This document shows, in pieces, positions 1 to 10,599 of a DNA stretch of 55,096 nt. The stretch lies in contig JAIXPK010000571.1 of NCBI GenBank assembly GCA_027486335.1, positions 1-55,096 on the forward strand, in the 5' to 3' direction. Under the pieces are notes generated by a model. The model was not told where the DNA came from. It saw only the letters and a program-made list of their open reading frames with translations, and made no database searches. The stretch is from Verrucomicrobiaceae bacterium. GTDB lineage: Bacteria; Verrucomicrobiota; Verrucomicrobiia; Verrucomicrobiales; V1-33. Each line of letters starts with the position of its first letter. Position 1 is the stretch's first letter. Position numbers and translations under genes: made by a program.

Positions 1-43
1 CTGCGGGTACAAGGTATTTGATCATGGTTTTCGTTGTTTTCAT
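1..43 (-). CDS. possible 5' end of a gene running off the left edge (MKTTKTMIKYLVPA...)
   Basis: ATG at 43 opens a frame to the window edge with a signal-peptide-like N-terminus; too short to verify. Confidence 0.25.
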   Translation of the reverse strand, partial: MKTTKTMIKYLVPA

Positions 44-47
44 GTCT

Positions 48-560
48 GAAAGGAATTTGCTTTTCGCGGGTGGCGTCGCCGGCGGGACGGGGAACGGGGA
101 GAGAGGGGGTCTGGGGGGAAAGAGGGGCGGAAGAAGGTCGAAATTTGCGGGAAGAATGATGAACCGCACGGAGACAGAGGTTCCCGACGGCTGAATTCGG
201 CCGCTGGCATAGCGTATCCGCCTAGTTCATGGTGAATTTTGGTGACGCTTGAGCCTACCATCCCCGACCACCTTGCCAAGGTATTTATGGCAGCGGGTTT
301 TGGGTTCATTTCGCCGGGTTGCTTCTAGCCTGTTGCCTCGGTCATCAGGTGTATTCCAGGACGACAGTGCGCCCGTCTCCGCGATCGATCTCCGGGGCTT
401 TCCAGCCTGTGCCGGTGGTGTGGTCCCAGATTTCGGGCGAGTCGGTTGGGGATTCGTCGTTGTCGGCTGGAATCCAGGCTCGGATGGCCTGCCAGGGAGG
501 TTCGATGGGCTCGAAGGTCTCGATATCGAAAGGCAGCTCCGGCGGTGGTGGGACACTGAC
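48..560 (-). mobile_element. possible 3' remnant of an IS91-family (rolling-circle) element
   Basis: Start-less frame 560-345 reads VSVPPPPELPFDIETFEPIEPPWQAIRAWIP...WKAPEIDRGDGRTVVLEYT*, recalled as similar to PVC IS91-like transposase tails. About 280 bp downstream is AAAAGCAAATTCCT (64-51), recalled as an IS91-like end. From memory only. Confidence 0.35.
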
Positions 561-894
561 CCGTCTTGCGAGCTGAGCACAGTAACTTCTGTTCCCTGCA
601 CTTCGATCGTGGATCTGAGTGGCTTTGCATGTGCTCGCGGGAGTATCAGGGACAGGATCTCTTGAATCTCAATGTCCGTCGCCCACCAGCCCATAAATCC
701 CCGCGGTTTCCGGTACATAACGCGAGCCGCTGCCAACTGCGATGGCTTCCAGTTCACGCATTGCGCTGGAGCTGAGGTGTTGCCATTCCGCTTCGCATCC
801 CATCCAGACGACGTTCGTCTACGGACGCAGTTCACCGAGGAAACGAGCGTGTCTCAGTTCAGCTTCACTCGCCAGGCGGCCCCCTTTGCAACCT

Positions 895-1194
895 TCATTC
901 CGTCGGGTAGTCACCGTCCCCGACCTCAGTCGCCTCCCGCTGTTCCCGCCCCGCTTCTTCACTCCCCGCACGCACCAACCTCTCCGCATCCGTCTCCTCA
1001 CTCTGCGCCGGCCGCTTAGGCACCTGGTGGCCGGCAGCATCCACCGATTCATCCCACACCGTCATCTCCGCCGTATCCAGACTAACCTCCGGCACCGGAT
1101 TCCCACCGCCATTCGTCGCCGCATCTTCCATCACCTGATCATTCAGCGCCCCGGAATCAGGCAACCCATCCGTCGAATCCATCAGCATCTTCAT
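895..1194 (-). CDS. small acidic hypothetical protein
   Basis: ~99-aa D/E-rich ORF with G-ending codons like the other minus-strand core genes; ATG at 1194 chosen. Confidence 0.5.
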   Translation of the reverse strand: MKMLMDSTDGLPDSGALNDQVMEDAATNGGGNPVPEVSLDTAEMTVWDESVDAAGHQVPKRPAQSEETDAERLVRAGSEEAGREQREATEVGDGDYPTE

Positions 1195-1301
1195 AGACCC
1201 ACACACGGCCCCGCTCTCCCTGCCCGCCTATAGGGTCTACATCCCAATCTGACGCACCGCCCATCGTCAGTCTGTGGCTTGCCTCACCGCTGTGTACTTC
1301 G

Positions 1302-1349
1302 AACTGAGCGGATGTGATCGAGCGCATCAGTTCGGGCGAGATGCCGCCG
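1302..1349 (+). pseudogene. tiny relic of a planctomycete cytochrome c domain gene
   Basis: Reads N-*(TGA)-ADVIERISSGEMPP, matching W-x-x-V-x-D-[KR]-I-x-x-GEMPP of the DUF1592 genes in this window, with TGA at the Trp position. Confidence 0.5.
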
Positions 1350-1524
1350 GGGTGCGGCGCGGGGTGGACGCCTTCCGCGATGCTGCTCTTGACTATGTCC
1401 AGGAGGGCTCGACCAAAACTGGCATCGATCTGGTCGTCGCATCGATATCAGCCCGACGCCATACCGCATATCTGTCGAACAGACTAGCTTTTGCCCGAGC
1501 AAACGAACCCGAACACCCCCGGAC

Positions 1525-2073
1525 ATGAACCCAAGCAACAATTACATCGCCGTTCTTACCCTCGTCTTCACGCTTCTCGCCAGCGCCTTCATGGCGCGTG
1601 CCGAGAACCCAGCCGACTTCACTGTCGAGTCCGCACTGGATGGCCCGGGGTTCCAGCTATCCAAGCAGCGCGGTAAAGTTGTCGTCCTGCACTTCCTGCT
1701 GAAGACGGAGTGCCCTTTCTGCATCAAGCACACGCACGACTACGCTGCACTCGCGGCAACCACCCCGGAGGTCGTCCACCTCTTCCTCAAGCCGGACAGC
1801 GTCGCTGAAATCAAGGCCTGGGCCGGGAAGCTCAGCAAAGAAGACCTGAAAGAGCTGCCCCGGATTTATCGCGACCCGGAAGCCAAGCTGGCGACGGAGT
1901 TTGGTATTCCCGACGGATACAAGTTTCATGGGCAGACCGTGCATTTCCCCGCGATGGTCGTGCTGGATGGTCAAGGGAAGGAACTGTTCCGCTACATTGG
2001 CAAAAACAACACCGACCGGATGAAGCCCAAGGACTTTACGGTGAAATTGGCCGAGGCGACAGCGAAACAATAA
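1525..2073 (+). CDS. secreted thioredoxin-fold redoxin (AhpC/TSA, TlpA-like)
   Basis: Signal peptide; F-x-LS-x-x-RGKVVVLHF then CPFC (CxxC); FPAMVVLDGQG cis-Pro region. Confidence 0.85.
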   Translation: MNPSNNYIAVLTLVFTLLASAFMARAENPADFTVESALDGPGFQLSKQRGKVVVLHFLLKTECPFCIKHTHDYAALAATTPEVVHLFLKPDSVAEIKAWAGKLSKEDLKELPRIYRDPEAKLATEFGIPDGYKFHGQTVHFPAMVVLDGQGKELFRYIGKNNTDRMKPKDFTVKLAEATAKQ

Positions 2074-2125
2074 CCACCGGGGAACGAGCGCCTCGCCATT
2101 CTCGCCCTGACGAAACGATTCAAAG

Positions 2126-5100
2126 ATGAAACCCACGACCCTTCTTATCAGCGCTTTCGCAGCGCTGGGTCTCGTCACTTCATCGCTTGCCGATGTGCCC
2201 ATTTCCTATTCCGTGCCGCGCGACGGCCGCACCTCGCTCGCGATTTATGACCACGAGGGCCGCATGGTGCGAACGATTCTCACCGGCAAACCCCTAGCGA
2301 AAGGTGACCACAGGGAGACATGGGACGGACTCAACCGTTACGGCAACGCGCTACCGTCGGGTGATTACACCTGGAAAGTTCTCTCCACCGATGGTCTGCG
2401 CGCAGAGTTCATCACCCAAGTCGGCCAAAACGCGGATCCGGTTTGGGAGCGGGCGACGGGAAATCACCAGGCCCCGAGCGCCGTGGCCGTGGACGCCACG
2501 GGTTTGTATCGTTTGGGGGCGGTGAATGAGGGTGCCCATTGGGGCGTAAAGACGGACCTCGAAGGACGGCATCTGTGGACGAGTGACCGTTGGGCCAAGG
2601 ATCCGTGGGTGCAGGAAACCGCCGCCGTGACGCTGGTGGGCCAACGGTTATTCGAACTGATGCCAAATGGCGACGTGTACGGCTACGATGCAACGACCGG
2701 CCGCGTCTTCACCGGCGGCGACCGGGATCCGAAGCCATGGATGCTCCGCTGGGAGGGTTTCCAGCCGCCGCCGGATGTGAAAGACGAGCAGCGACTCCGA
2801 CTCAATGCGGAACAGAGTCCGCGCGACCTCGCCGGCGATGCGGCGAACGAGTTGCTGGTCGCCGCTTATCCGCAACATGACGCGCTGGCATGGTTTAGCG
2901 CCAAAAGCGGTAACCTTGTCGACAAGGTAAAGGGAATCGCGAAGCTGACGGGTGTTGCCGTGGCGAAAGACGGGACGGTGTTCGCCATCTCGCAGGGCGC
3001 GGTCGTCGCATTGACGCGGGAAAGCAAAACACCCCGCGAAGTCATCGCCGCGGCCAAGTTGCAAGCCCCGTGGCGACTGTGCGTGAGTGCGACGTCGGGC
3101 GAAATCTTTGTCGCCGAGAACAGCGATCTCGCCAGCTGGGGCGAGAGCGACTCGCGGCATCATCAGGTGAAGCGATTCTCGGCCGTCGGTGCGCTGTTGA
3201 TGACCTATGGTCAGCCGAAAGGCCGCAGCGACGGCGCGTACGTGCCGACGGATTTTCGCGGACTGACGGACATCGAAGCGGATCACGAAGGCGGCTTCGT
3301 CGTGACGGAAGGAAGGGCCCAGCCGCCGCGCCGGTCGGCCCGCTTCGACGCCGCGGGCAAGCTGCTCCGCGAATGGTTTGGCGCGCAGCATTACGGCGTC
3401 ATCGTCTGCCCGGAACCTAACGACCCGCGTTATGTCTGGTTCCGCGCCAATGCGGACCGGCCGGGTCTGGTGCGCTGCGCGGTGGACTACGCGGCGAAAT
3501 CATGGCGAGTCGTGGAGGTGTATCAGGACGTGTTCGGGGCGAACCCATTCGCGGAAGCGCCGATGGTGCCGTATCTCTTCGCGCACGGCGGGCGCATCTA
3601 CATCCACGGCGGCGGCGTGCAGCCGAGCGGGCTTTCCTTGAGCATCTATGATCCCGTCGCCAGGCGCATCCGGCCCTGCAACGCCAGCGGCAAGCACGAT
3701 AAGCGCACGTATCTTTGGAACGACCTGAACGACGACGGACTCGCCAGCGACGACGAAATCCAATGGCTGAACCGCAACAAGCTGGGCGGCTCCGTGATGC
3801 CCGCCGACCTGACGCTGCTGACCACCTCGACGGCGAGCGACTACAGCCCCGGCCCGGTGCTGAGGCCCTCGCGTTTCACCGCCGGAGGCACGCCGGTCTA
3901 TCTGTTTGCCGAGGGGACAGAGTATGAACCGTGGGCGGAAAACGGATGGAAGAAATATCCGGGCGATTTCCGTCAGGCGGCGGACGGTAGCTGGTTCGCC
4001 TGCTTTGCTGAAGGGGCGAGCAACCCGCACGAGGGCGCGGAGTCGCACGGCGCATGGTATTACAATTCATGTTCCGCCATCGACCGGTTGGTGAAGTGGG
4101 ACAAAGACTGGAAGCCGCTCTGGAGCGTCGGCCGGCACAGTCCCGACAACGACCACGAAACCGGTTCCACCGCGATGGCGCGCGGCCTGGTTGGACTCAC
4201 GCACGGCTGCATCGTGTGGGGCGATGCCTCCGATGAAGAAACCTGCCGCCCGACTGTGTGGACCGAGGACGGCCTTTACGTCGACGAACTCCTGCGCGTG
4301 CCGGTGGACAATGTGCCGAAGGAGAAGCACGGCGAGGACAATACTAACGAATATCCGCAAGGCCACCTCTTCACCGACCCAGCGACGGGCGAGACGTTCT
4401 TCTATGCGCTGAACTCCGGCGGCGGCGCGCCCATCTATCGCATCACAGGCTGGAATGGCTGGCATCGCGCAAATGGCAAGATCACGCTGGCTTCGGCAGC
4501 GACGGAGGTGGCGAAACGCGACGGCATCGGTTTGAAGGCCGAATACTTCAACAATGCGGACTGCTCCGGCGAACCGGCGCTCACCCGCACCGACAAGCTC
4601 ATCTATTTCAACTGGGGCAAAAGCTCGCCGGACACAACGATCACCTCCGACATGTTCAGTGTCCGCTGGACCGGCACCTACGAAGCCACGACGAGCGAAG
4701 ACACGCGCTTCGAGCTTCGCGGCAACTTCCCCTGGAGGGACAAAGGCGCACCGCTCTGGTCGCGCCTCTGGCTTGGCGGAGAACTCATCTTCAACTCCAA
4801 GCCCCGCCAGGACAAAGGCAACTCGACCTACGACGCACTGGAGCGCAGCAGCCTCGGCACCGTCAGCGTGAAGCTCCGCGCTGGCGAGCGCCTCGACCTG
4901 CGCATGGAGTGCGGATTCAAGAAGGGCGAAGCAGCCATCGCCCTCAATCACGACACGCCTAGCCTCGACCGCCGCGCCGTGCTGCCCGCCTTCCTGCACC
5001 CCGAACCGGGACCGAAACGAAAGCTCGAATTCCCAGTGCAGAAGCGGCCAGAGCTCATCGCGGAGCTGAGCTTTGAGGAAAAGGACGGCGCGCTTTCATG

Positions 5101-5639
5101 GAGCAACGCCGGGGGCGATGTCTTTGGCCGTCTGACTGGCAACACCCGCCGCGTTCCCGGCAGGACCGGCGGCGCCATTGAGTTCGAAGCCAAGGGCGCG
5201 TTCAAACCCGCGCTGTTCCCCATCGATGAAGAACTCCGCCTGCCCGACACCGACTACACCGTGGCGTTCTGGTTCAAGACGACCGCGCAAAGTCTCCGCC
5301 TCTGCGAAGCGCTACTCCAGCTACAACAACCGCTGGAGCGACCACACCGTTTCACTTGATCAGGGAAAGATTCGTTTTCAGCTCCAAGGGGACGAAGCCC
5401 TCGAAACACTGGCCACCTTCAACGACGGCGAATGGCATCAAGTCATCACCACGGTCGGCCCCGGCGGTCAGCGCCTGCACGTGGACGGCAAACTCATCGC
5501 TACCGGTAAACTCACCAAACGCACCTCCACCAGCAACCGACTTGGCCTCGACCTTGGCCCCGGCAGCGGCGAGGGCATCGTCGCGATGGATGAACTGCGA
5601 GTCCTTGGCCGGGCGCTTCCCGTTGAAGAATCACGGTGA
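2126..5639 (+). CDS. large secreted protein: FlgD-Ig, NHL/beta-propeller, PA14, LamG; frameshifted near 5307
   Basis: SLAIYDHEGRMVRTI...WDGLN (FlgD-Ig); GLKAEYFNN...FNWG...FSVRWTG (PA14). LamG starts in ORF 2126-5359 (YTVAFWFKT) and finishes in frame 5178-5639 (NDGEWHQV...LHVDGKL...MDELRVLGRAL). Confidence 0.8.
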
Positions 5640-5676
5640 TGAGCATAGAAATCCGGCACGACCCAATGAGCGCTCC

Positions 5677-8061
5677 ATGCTACTGAAGCCAATACTCGTG
5701 GCCGGCTTTACCGCTGTCCTGAGCGGAGGCTTTCCGGCGTTTGCGGCTGGGCTGGATGTGGCGGTGCGCCCGTCCGTCAGTTTCTACGACGACATCAAGC
5801 CGGTGCTGGCGGTGCATTGTTACAAGTGTCACGACGGAGAAAACCCGAAAGGAGGGTTGCGGCTCGACACATTGACCAACTCGCTCGCGGGCGGAAAGTC
5901 CGGGGATGCCGCCATCGTACCGGGCGCTAGTGCGCGCAGTGAATTGGTGCGGCGCATTTCGTTGGGCGAGGGCGATGAAATGATGCCGCCGAAGGGCGCT
6001 CGGCTCACGGAGGCTGAGATGGCGCGCATCCGGCAGTGGATCGACGAGGGAGCGAAGTGGCCGGAGCGCGATGATTACTGGGCCTTTCAACCAGCGAAGG
6101 AACCACCGTTGCCCGAGGGCATGGCGGTGAATCCTATCGACCGCTTCATCGACCGCGGATTGGAGGCAGCGACCATCAACCCACTACCGCAGGCCGATGC
6201 GCGCACGCTGCTGCGCCGGGCGTTCTTCGATCTCGTCGGCGTTCCGCCAACACCGGAAGAGGCGCAGCGCTTCCTTCGCGACAAATCTTCCGACGCCTAC
6301 GAAAAGCTCATCGATCGGCTGCTGGCGGACCCTCGCTACGGCGAACGCTGGGCGCGGCACTGGCTCGATATAGCGCGCTACGGTGAGAGCGACGGCTACG
6401 AGGACGACAAGGTGCGTCCACACGCCTGGCGTTACCGCGATTACGTCATCCGCTCGCTCAATGCCGACAAGCCCTACGACCGTTTCGTGCAGGAGCAGAT
6501 CGCCGGCGATGAACTCTGGCCGGACAATCCCGAGGCATGGGTTGCCACCGGCTTCGCGCGGCTCGGCTCGTGGGATGGCATGTCGAAGGAACCCGCGCAG
6601 CAGCGGCAGGATTTCCTGAACGACGCGACGGATGCGGTGGGCGCGGCTTTCCTCGGCGTCACGCTAGGCTGTGCGCGTTGCCATGATCACAAGTATGATG
6701 TCATCACGCAGCGCGATTACTACCAGGTCCAGGCATTCTTCGCCGGCGTGCAGCGCGAAACCCGCGAGGCGCAGGGCCCATTGCACGAACCGCGGTTCGT
6801 GACCGCTGCGTTCAAGGCCGACAGTGCCGGGCTCGCGCGGCTGATAAGCGAACGTGACGAGCTGCTTCGCGTCGCACGCAAGGACTTGGAGAAGAAACGC
6901 GCTGACCAGCTGGAGAAGAAGAATGTCGAGGAAGATGCGGTGAAGGCGCGGGTGGAGAAGGCGCATCCCGGGCAGTTGGGTAAACTCAACGACGCCATCA
7001 CGGCGATTGAACTGCGCATGCGTTTTCACGAGCCGAAGATCGAGGCGATCTTCCACGGCGATGGCCCGAAGAAGATTCCTCTGCTCAAAGGCGGCGAACT
7101 GGCGCGCCCCGGCGAAGAAGTCGCTCCGGGATTCATCGCCGCGATGTTGTCGCCCGGTGAATCGGCATCGCCGGAAGGCAAACGTGCGACGCTCGCCCGC
7201 TGGGTTGCCTCGCCGGAAAACTCGCTCACGGCGCGCGTGCAGGTGAATCGCCTGTGGCAGCATCATTTCGGCGCGGGCCTCGTCGCCACGCCGTCGGACT
7301 TTGGCCGCAATGGCAAGCGCCCGGCGCATCCCGAACTGCTCGACTGGCTTGCGCGCGAGTTCGTGCGCAATGGCTGGAGCCTTAAGAAAATGCACCGCCT
7401 GATGATGACGAGTGCTGCCTACCGCCGCGCTGCGTCGCCTGCTCCCGCTGCTTTCGCCAAGGACCCGGAGAACAAACTGCTCTGGCGCATGAACCGCCGC
7501 CGCCTTGAAGGCGAGGCCATCCGCGACACCATCCTAGCCGTGAGTGGCACGCTGAATCCCGCGATGGGCGGTCCTGGAGTTTATGCGCAACTGCCCAAGG
7601 GCGTGAACGTCGAGTTCCCCAACAACGACAAGGAACTGAGCTGGGGCACTGCCACCGCTGACGACAACTACCGTCGCAGCATCTACCTCTTCCAGCGTCG
7701 CAGTCTGACTTTCCCGCTCATGGACGTCTTCGACGGTGCGCCGATGAACCAATCCTGCGCCGCGCGCCCGCAGACGACGGTCGCGCCGCAAGCCCTCGCG
7801 CTCTTCAACGGCGAGTTCACCCGTGAAGCCGCCGGCCATTTTGCCACCCGCCTGCGCCGCGAAGCCGGCAACGATGTGCCTAAGCAAATCGAACGCGCCT
7901 TCCAACTGGCCTTCACCCGGCCGCCCAGCAACGTCGAGCGAGTGACGGCGCTGAAGTTTCTTCAGGTACAAACCGCAACCCGCCATGCGGACCCCACCGC
8001 CGCGCTCGTCGACTTCTGCCACGTCCTGCTCAACGCCAGCGAACTCATTTACCTGGACTGA
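5677..8061 (+). CDS. planctomycete cytochrome c + DUF1549 + DUF1553 (PSD1) protein
   Basis: CYKCH, KGGLRLD, NPIDRFI, YGERWARHWLD, CARCHDHKYD, RVQVNRLWQHHFG, HPELLDWLA. Start moved to ATG 5677, which gives a signal peptide. Confidence 0.93.
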   Translation: MLLKPILVAGFTAVLSGGFPAFAAGLDVAVRPSVSFYDDIKPVLAVHCYKCHDGENPKGGLRLDTLTNSLAGGKSGDAAIVPGASARSELVRRISLGEGDEMMPPKGARLTEAEMARIRQWIDEGAKWPERDDYWAFQPAKEPPLPEGMAVNPIDRFIDRGLEAATINPLPQADARTLLRRAFFDLVGVPPTPEEAQRFLRDKSSDAYEKLIDRLLADPRYGERWARHWLDIARYGESDGYEDDKVRPHAWRYRDYVIRSLNADKPYDRFVQEQIAGDELWPDNPEAWVATGFARLGSWDGMSKEPAQQRQDFLNDATDAVGAAFLGVTLGCARCHDHKYDVITQRDYYQVQAFFAGVQRETREAQGPLHEPRFVTAAFKADSAGLARLISERDELLRVARKDLEKKRADQLEKKNVEEDAVKARVEKAHPGQLGKLNDAITAIELRMRFHEPKIEAIFHGDGPKKIPLLKGGELARPGEEVAPGFIAAMLSPGESASPEGKRATLARWVASPENSLTARVQVNRLWQHHFGAGLVATPSDFGRNGKRPAHPELLDWLAREFVRNGWSLKKMHRLMMTSAAYRRAASPAPAAFAKDPENKLLWRMNRRRLEGEAIRDTILAVSGTLNPAMGGPGVYAQLPKGVNVEFPNNDKELSWGTATADDNYRRSIYLFQRRSLTFPLMDVFDGAPMNQSCAARPQTTVAPQALALFNGEFTREAAGHFATRLRREAGNDVPKQIERAFQLAFTRPPSNVERVTALKFLQVQTATRHADPTAALVDFCHVLLNASELIYLD

Positions 8062-8064
8062 CCT

Positions 8065-9495
8065 ATGCATTCATCAGATGGAACTCACCCCATCACGCGC
8101 CGCCGATTCATCGGAACGAGTCTTGCCGCCTCGGCGTTCATGCCAGGCTTCAAGGTCTCGGGCGCGGACCCGCATTCGTTGCTCGCACCGAAGGTTCCTA
8201 TGCTGCCGCCGAAAGCGAAGTCGATCATTCTCATCGTCACGCAGGGCGGGATGAGTCAGATGGACACGTTCGATCCGAAGCCGGAACTGGATAAGCATGA
8301 CGGCAAGACACTAACGCCGGAGATTCTTCCGGGGTTGGGAGAGGTTAAGACGTTCTTCGGGGGCAAGGACGGTTCGCCCTTGATGCGAAGTCCCTACAAG
8401 TTCGCCAAACACGGCCAGTGCGGGATGGATGTGTCGGAACTCTTCCCGCACATCGCCGGGCGCGTGGACGACATGTGTTTCGTGCGGTCGCTCACCTGCG
8501 ACAGCAACAGTCACACGCCCGCGCTCTTCCAGATGAACACGGGCACCATTCAGCAGGGATTTCCTTCGCTCGGGTCGTGGCTGCTCCATGGACTCGGCAG
8601 TGAGAATCCCGACCTGCCGGGCTTTTGCGTGATGGTGCAGAAGAACGCGCTGGTGAACGGCGGGCCAGCAAACTGGGGCGCAGGATTTCTCGGCGCGACC
8701 TATCAAGGGACGTATCTGCGCAGCGGCACGACACCGATCCTGCACCTTGAAGCGCCCGCCGACTTTCCGCCCGCCGCACAGCATGGCAGCATGGAGCTTC
8801 TTCGCACACTGAACCGCGAGCATCTGCGAGGACGCGAGGACGACGCGAATCTCTCGGCACGCATGGCCAGTTACGACCTCGCGTTGCGCATGCAGGCGCG
8901 CATGCCCGAAGCCGTAGACATCTCGAAAGAGACCGAGGAAACGCGGCAGCTCTACGGCCTTGACGATCCCGACACCGAAGACACCGGCCGCAAGTGCCTG
9001 CTCGCGCGACGGCTCGTCGAACGTGGTGTGCGCGTCGTGCAGGTCTATAGCGGCTCGTCGCAGTGCGGCGGCGCGTGGGACGCACACAGCGGCCTCAAGG
9101 ACGGCCACCGCAAATGCGCCAAGTGGATCGACCGCCCCATCTCAGGCTTGCTGCAAGACCTTAAGCGCACCGGGCTCCTCGGCCAGACGCTGGTTGTGGG
9201 CCTGAGCGAGTTCGGACGCATGCCGATCTCACAAGGCGGCACCGGCCGCGACCACAACCCTGGCGCGCAGACCATCTGGCTCGCCGGCGCCGGCATCAAT
9301 CCCGGCACCATCGTCGGCGCGACCGATCCGCTCGGCTACCGCTCCATCGAGTCGCCGTATCACATGCGCGACCTCCACGCAACCCTCCTGCGGCTGATGG
9401 GCCTCGATGACATGCGGCTCACGTTCTACTTCAACGGCCGGAATTACCGGCTCACCGAAAACGGCGGTCAGATGATTCATCAGGCGCTCGCATGA
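8065..9495 (+). CDS. DUF1501 protein (sulfatase-like fold, Tat signal)
   Basis: TRRRFI Tat motif; GGMSQMDTFDPKP; LLARRLVERGVR; WDAH; EFGRMP; GRDHNP; directly follows the DUF1553 gene. Confidence 0.93.
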   Translation: MHSSDGTHPITRRRFIGTSLAASAFMPGFKVSGADPHSLLAPKVPMLPPKAKSIILIVTQGGMSQMDTFDPKPELDKHDGKTLTPEILPGLGEVKTFFGGKDGSPLMRSPYKFAKHGQCGMDVSELFPHIAGRVDDMCFVRSLTCDSNSHTPALFQMNTGTIQQGFPSLGSWLLHGLGSENPDLPGFCVMVQKNALVNGGPANWGAGFLGATYQGTYLRSGTTPILHLEAPADFPPAAQHGSMELLRTLNREHLRGREDDANLSARMASYDLALRMQARMPEAVDISKETEETRQLYGLDDPDTEDTGRKCLLARRLVERGVRVVQVYSGSSQCGGAWDAHSGLKDGHRKCAKWIDRPISGLLQDLKRTGLLGQTLVVGLSEFGRMPISQGGTGRDHNPGAQTIWLAGAGINPGTIVGATDPLGYRSIESPYHMRDLHATLLRLMGLDDMRLTFYFNGRNYRLTENGGQMIHQALA

Positions 9496-10530
9496 TCCAG
9501 CCCTCGCATCGTGCCTTTCGACGTGGAGAATCCATCTGCCTCGATGCCCAGCCGTTGGAGCATGGAGACTTAGAGATTCGCTAGCGGGCAATTGTTCTTC
9601 GTGTCGAAAGCAATGTGCTGGCCGTGCTTGAATCCGCCGCCGGCGAGGAGCACAGGGAGGTTGGCGTTGCTGTGCGTGTTGGCGTCGCCTATCACACTGC
9701 CAAAAAGCACCATCGTGCGGTCGAGCAGCGTTTCGTTTTCCTCCTTTGTCCCGGCGAGCGCGGTGAGGAAATCGCCCAGCGCGGCGAACTGCGCCTCTTC
9801 CTTCGCGCGCAGGTCGGTGATGACATCGGGCCGGCCACCATGGTGCGTGATGTAATGAATCACCGTCGTATCAATGAAGAGCGAGATGACGCGCGTGCTG
9901 TCCGTCTCCAGCGCGAGCTTTATCACGTCGAGCATCAGCCTCGTCTTCGCCACGAACTCGCGCGCGTCGTCGATGTCATCCGGTGCCTGCGCAGCGACGA
10001 CGGGCTTGGGCTTGTGTTCCCATTCTTCCGAGCTGTGCAGGCGGCTCTCCAACTCGCGCACGGAGGTGAGGTATTCGTCCATCCGCACCTGGTCGCTTTT
10101 GGAAAGCGAGCGGTTCAGCCGCTTCGTTTGGTCGCCGACGAAATCGAGCATCGAGCGCCCCTGCCGCAGCGCCTCGACGTTCGCCGCGACCTCCTCCGGC
10201 CTGCCCTGGGCGAAGAGCCGCTGAAACAATTTCTTCGGGCTGCGCTCGGACGGGATGGGCGCGCCGCTGCGGGTGTAGCTGAGCGTCGAGCCTTAGTTGC
10301 TCATCGCGAGCACGAGTGACGGGTGGCGCGTGCGGTTGCCGATTTGCTCGGCGGCCAACTGGTCGAGCGACACCCAGTTTCTAAATCCGCCGCGCTCCGG
10401 GTGCGGGGTGCCCGTGATGAAACATTTCTCCGTCGCGTGACCGCCGGTGACGCCCGGATGACTGACGCCGGAGAAAACCGTGAACTGCCCGCGATGCGCC
10501 GCGAGCCTATCGAGATACGGCGTCGCCGCG
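9480..10530 (-). pseudogene. DUF1552 pseudogene: 5'-truncated, two in-frame TAA stops
   Basis: One frame reads [23 protein letters not shown]...SLDQLAAE...AMSN*GSTLSYTRSG...HYITHHG...CPLANL*VSMLQRLG...GTMRGL, with stops at ~10293 and 9570; no Tat N-terminus. Confidence 0.88.
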
Positions 10531-10599
10531 CAGGAAAGTGCGGCGATTGAGCGCGGGCGAAAGGGTGATGGATGTCATGCGGGTGTTGAATTGAGAAGA

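Noticed and set aside
61-200. G-rich left end versus C-rich right part as a replication terminus
   Set aside because: The G-rich stretch is too short, lies inside a possible IS remnant, and no dif-like site was seen
1233-1258. GGGTCTACATCCCAATCTGACGCACC as an IS terminal inverted repeat at the island edge
   Set aside because: Only a vague resemblance; no partner repeat or transposase seen
5356-5676. N-terminal extensions in the ORF track (also at 17946, 22772, 30247, 32601, 38890, 45927, 46187)
   Set aside because: They overlap other genes or a tRNA, or precede a clear signal peptide or family start; downstream starts were chosen
9570-10295. TAA recoding or read-through (in-frame TAAs here and at 30691)
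   Set aside because: TAA ends intact genes normally (2073, 40785) and the affected genes carry other lesions
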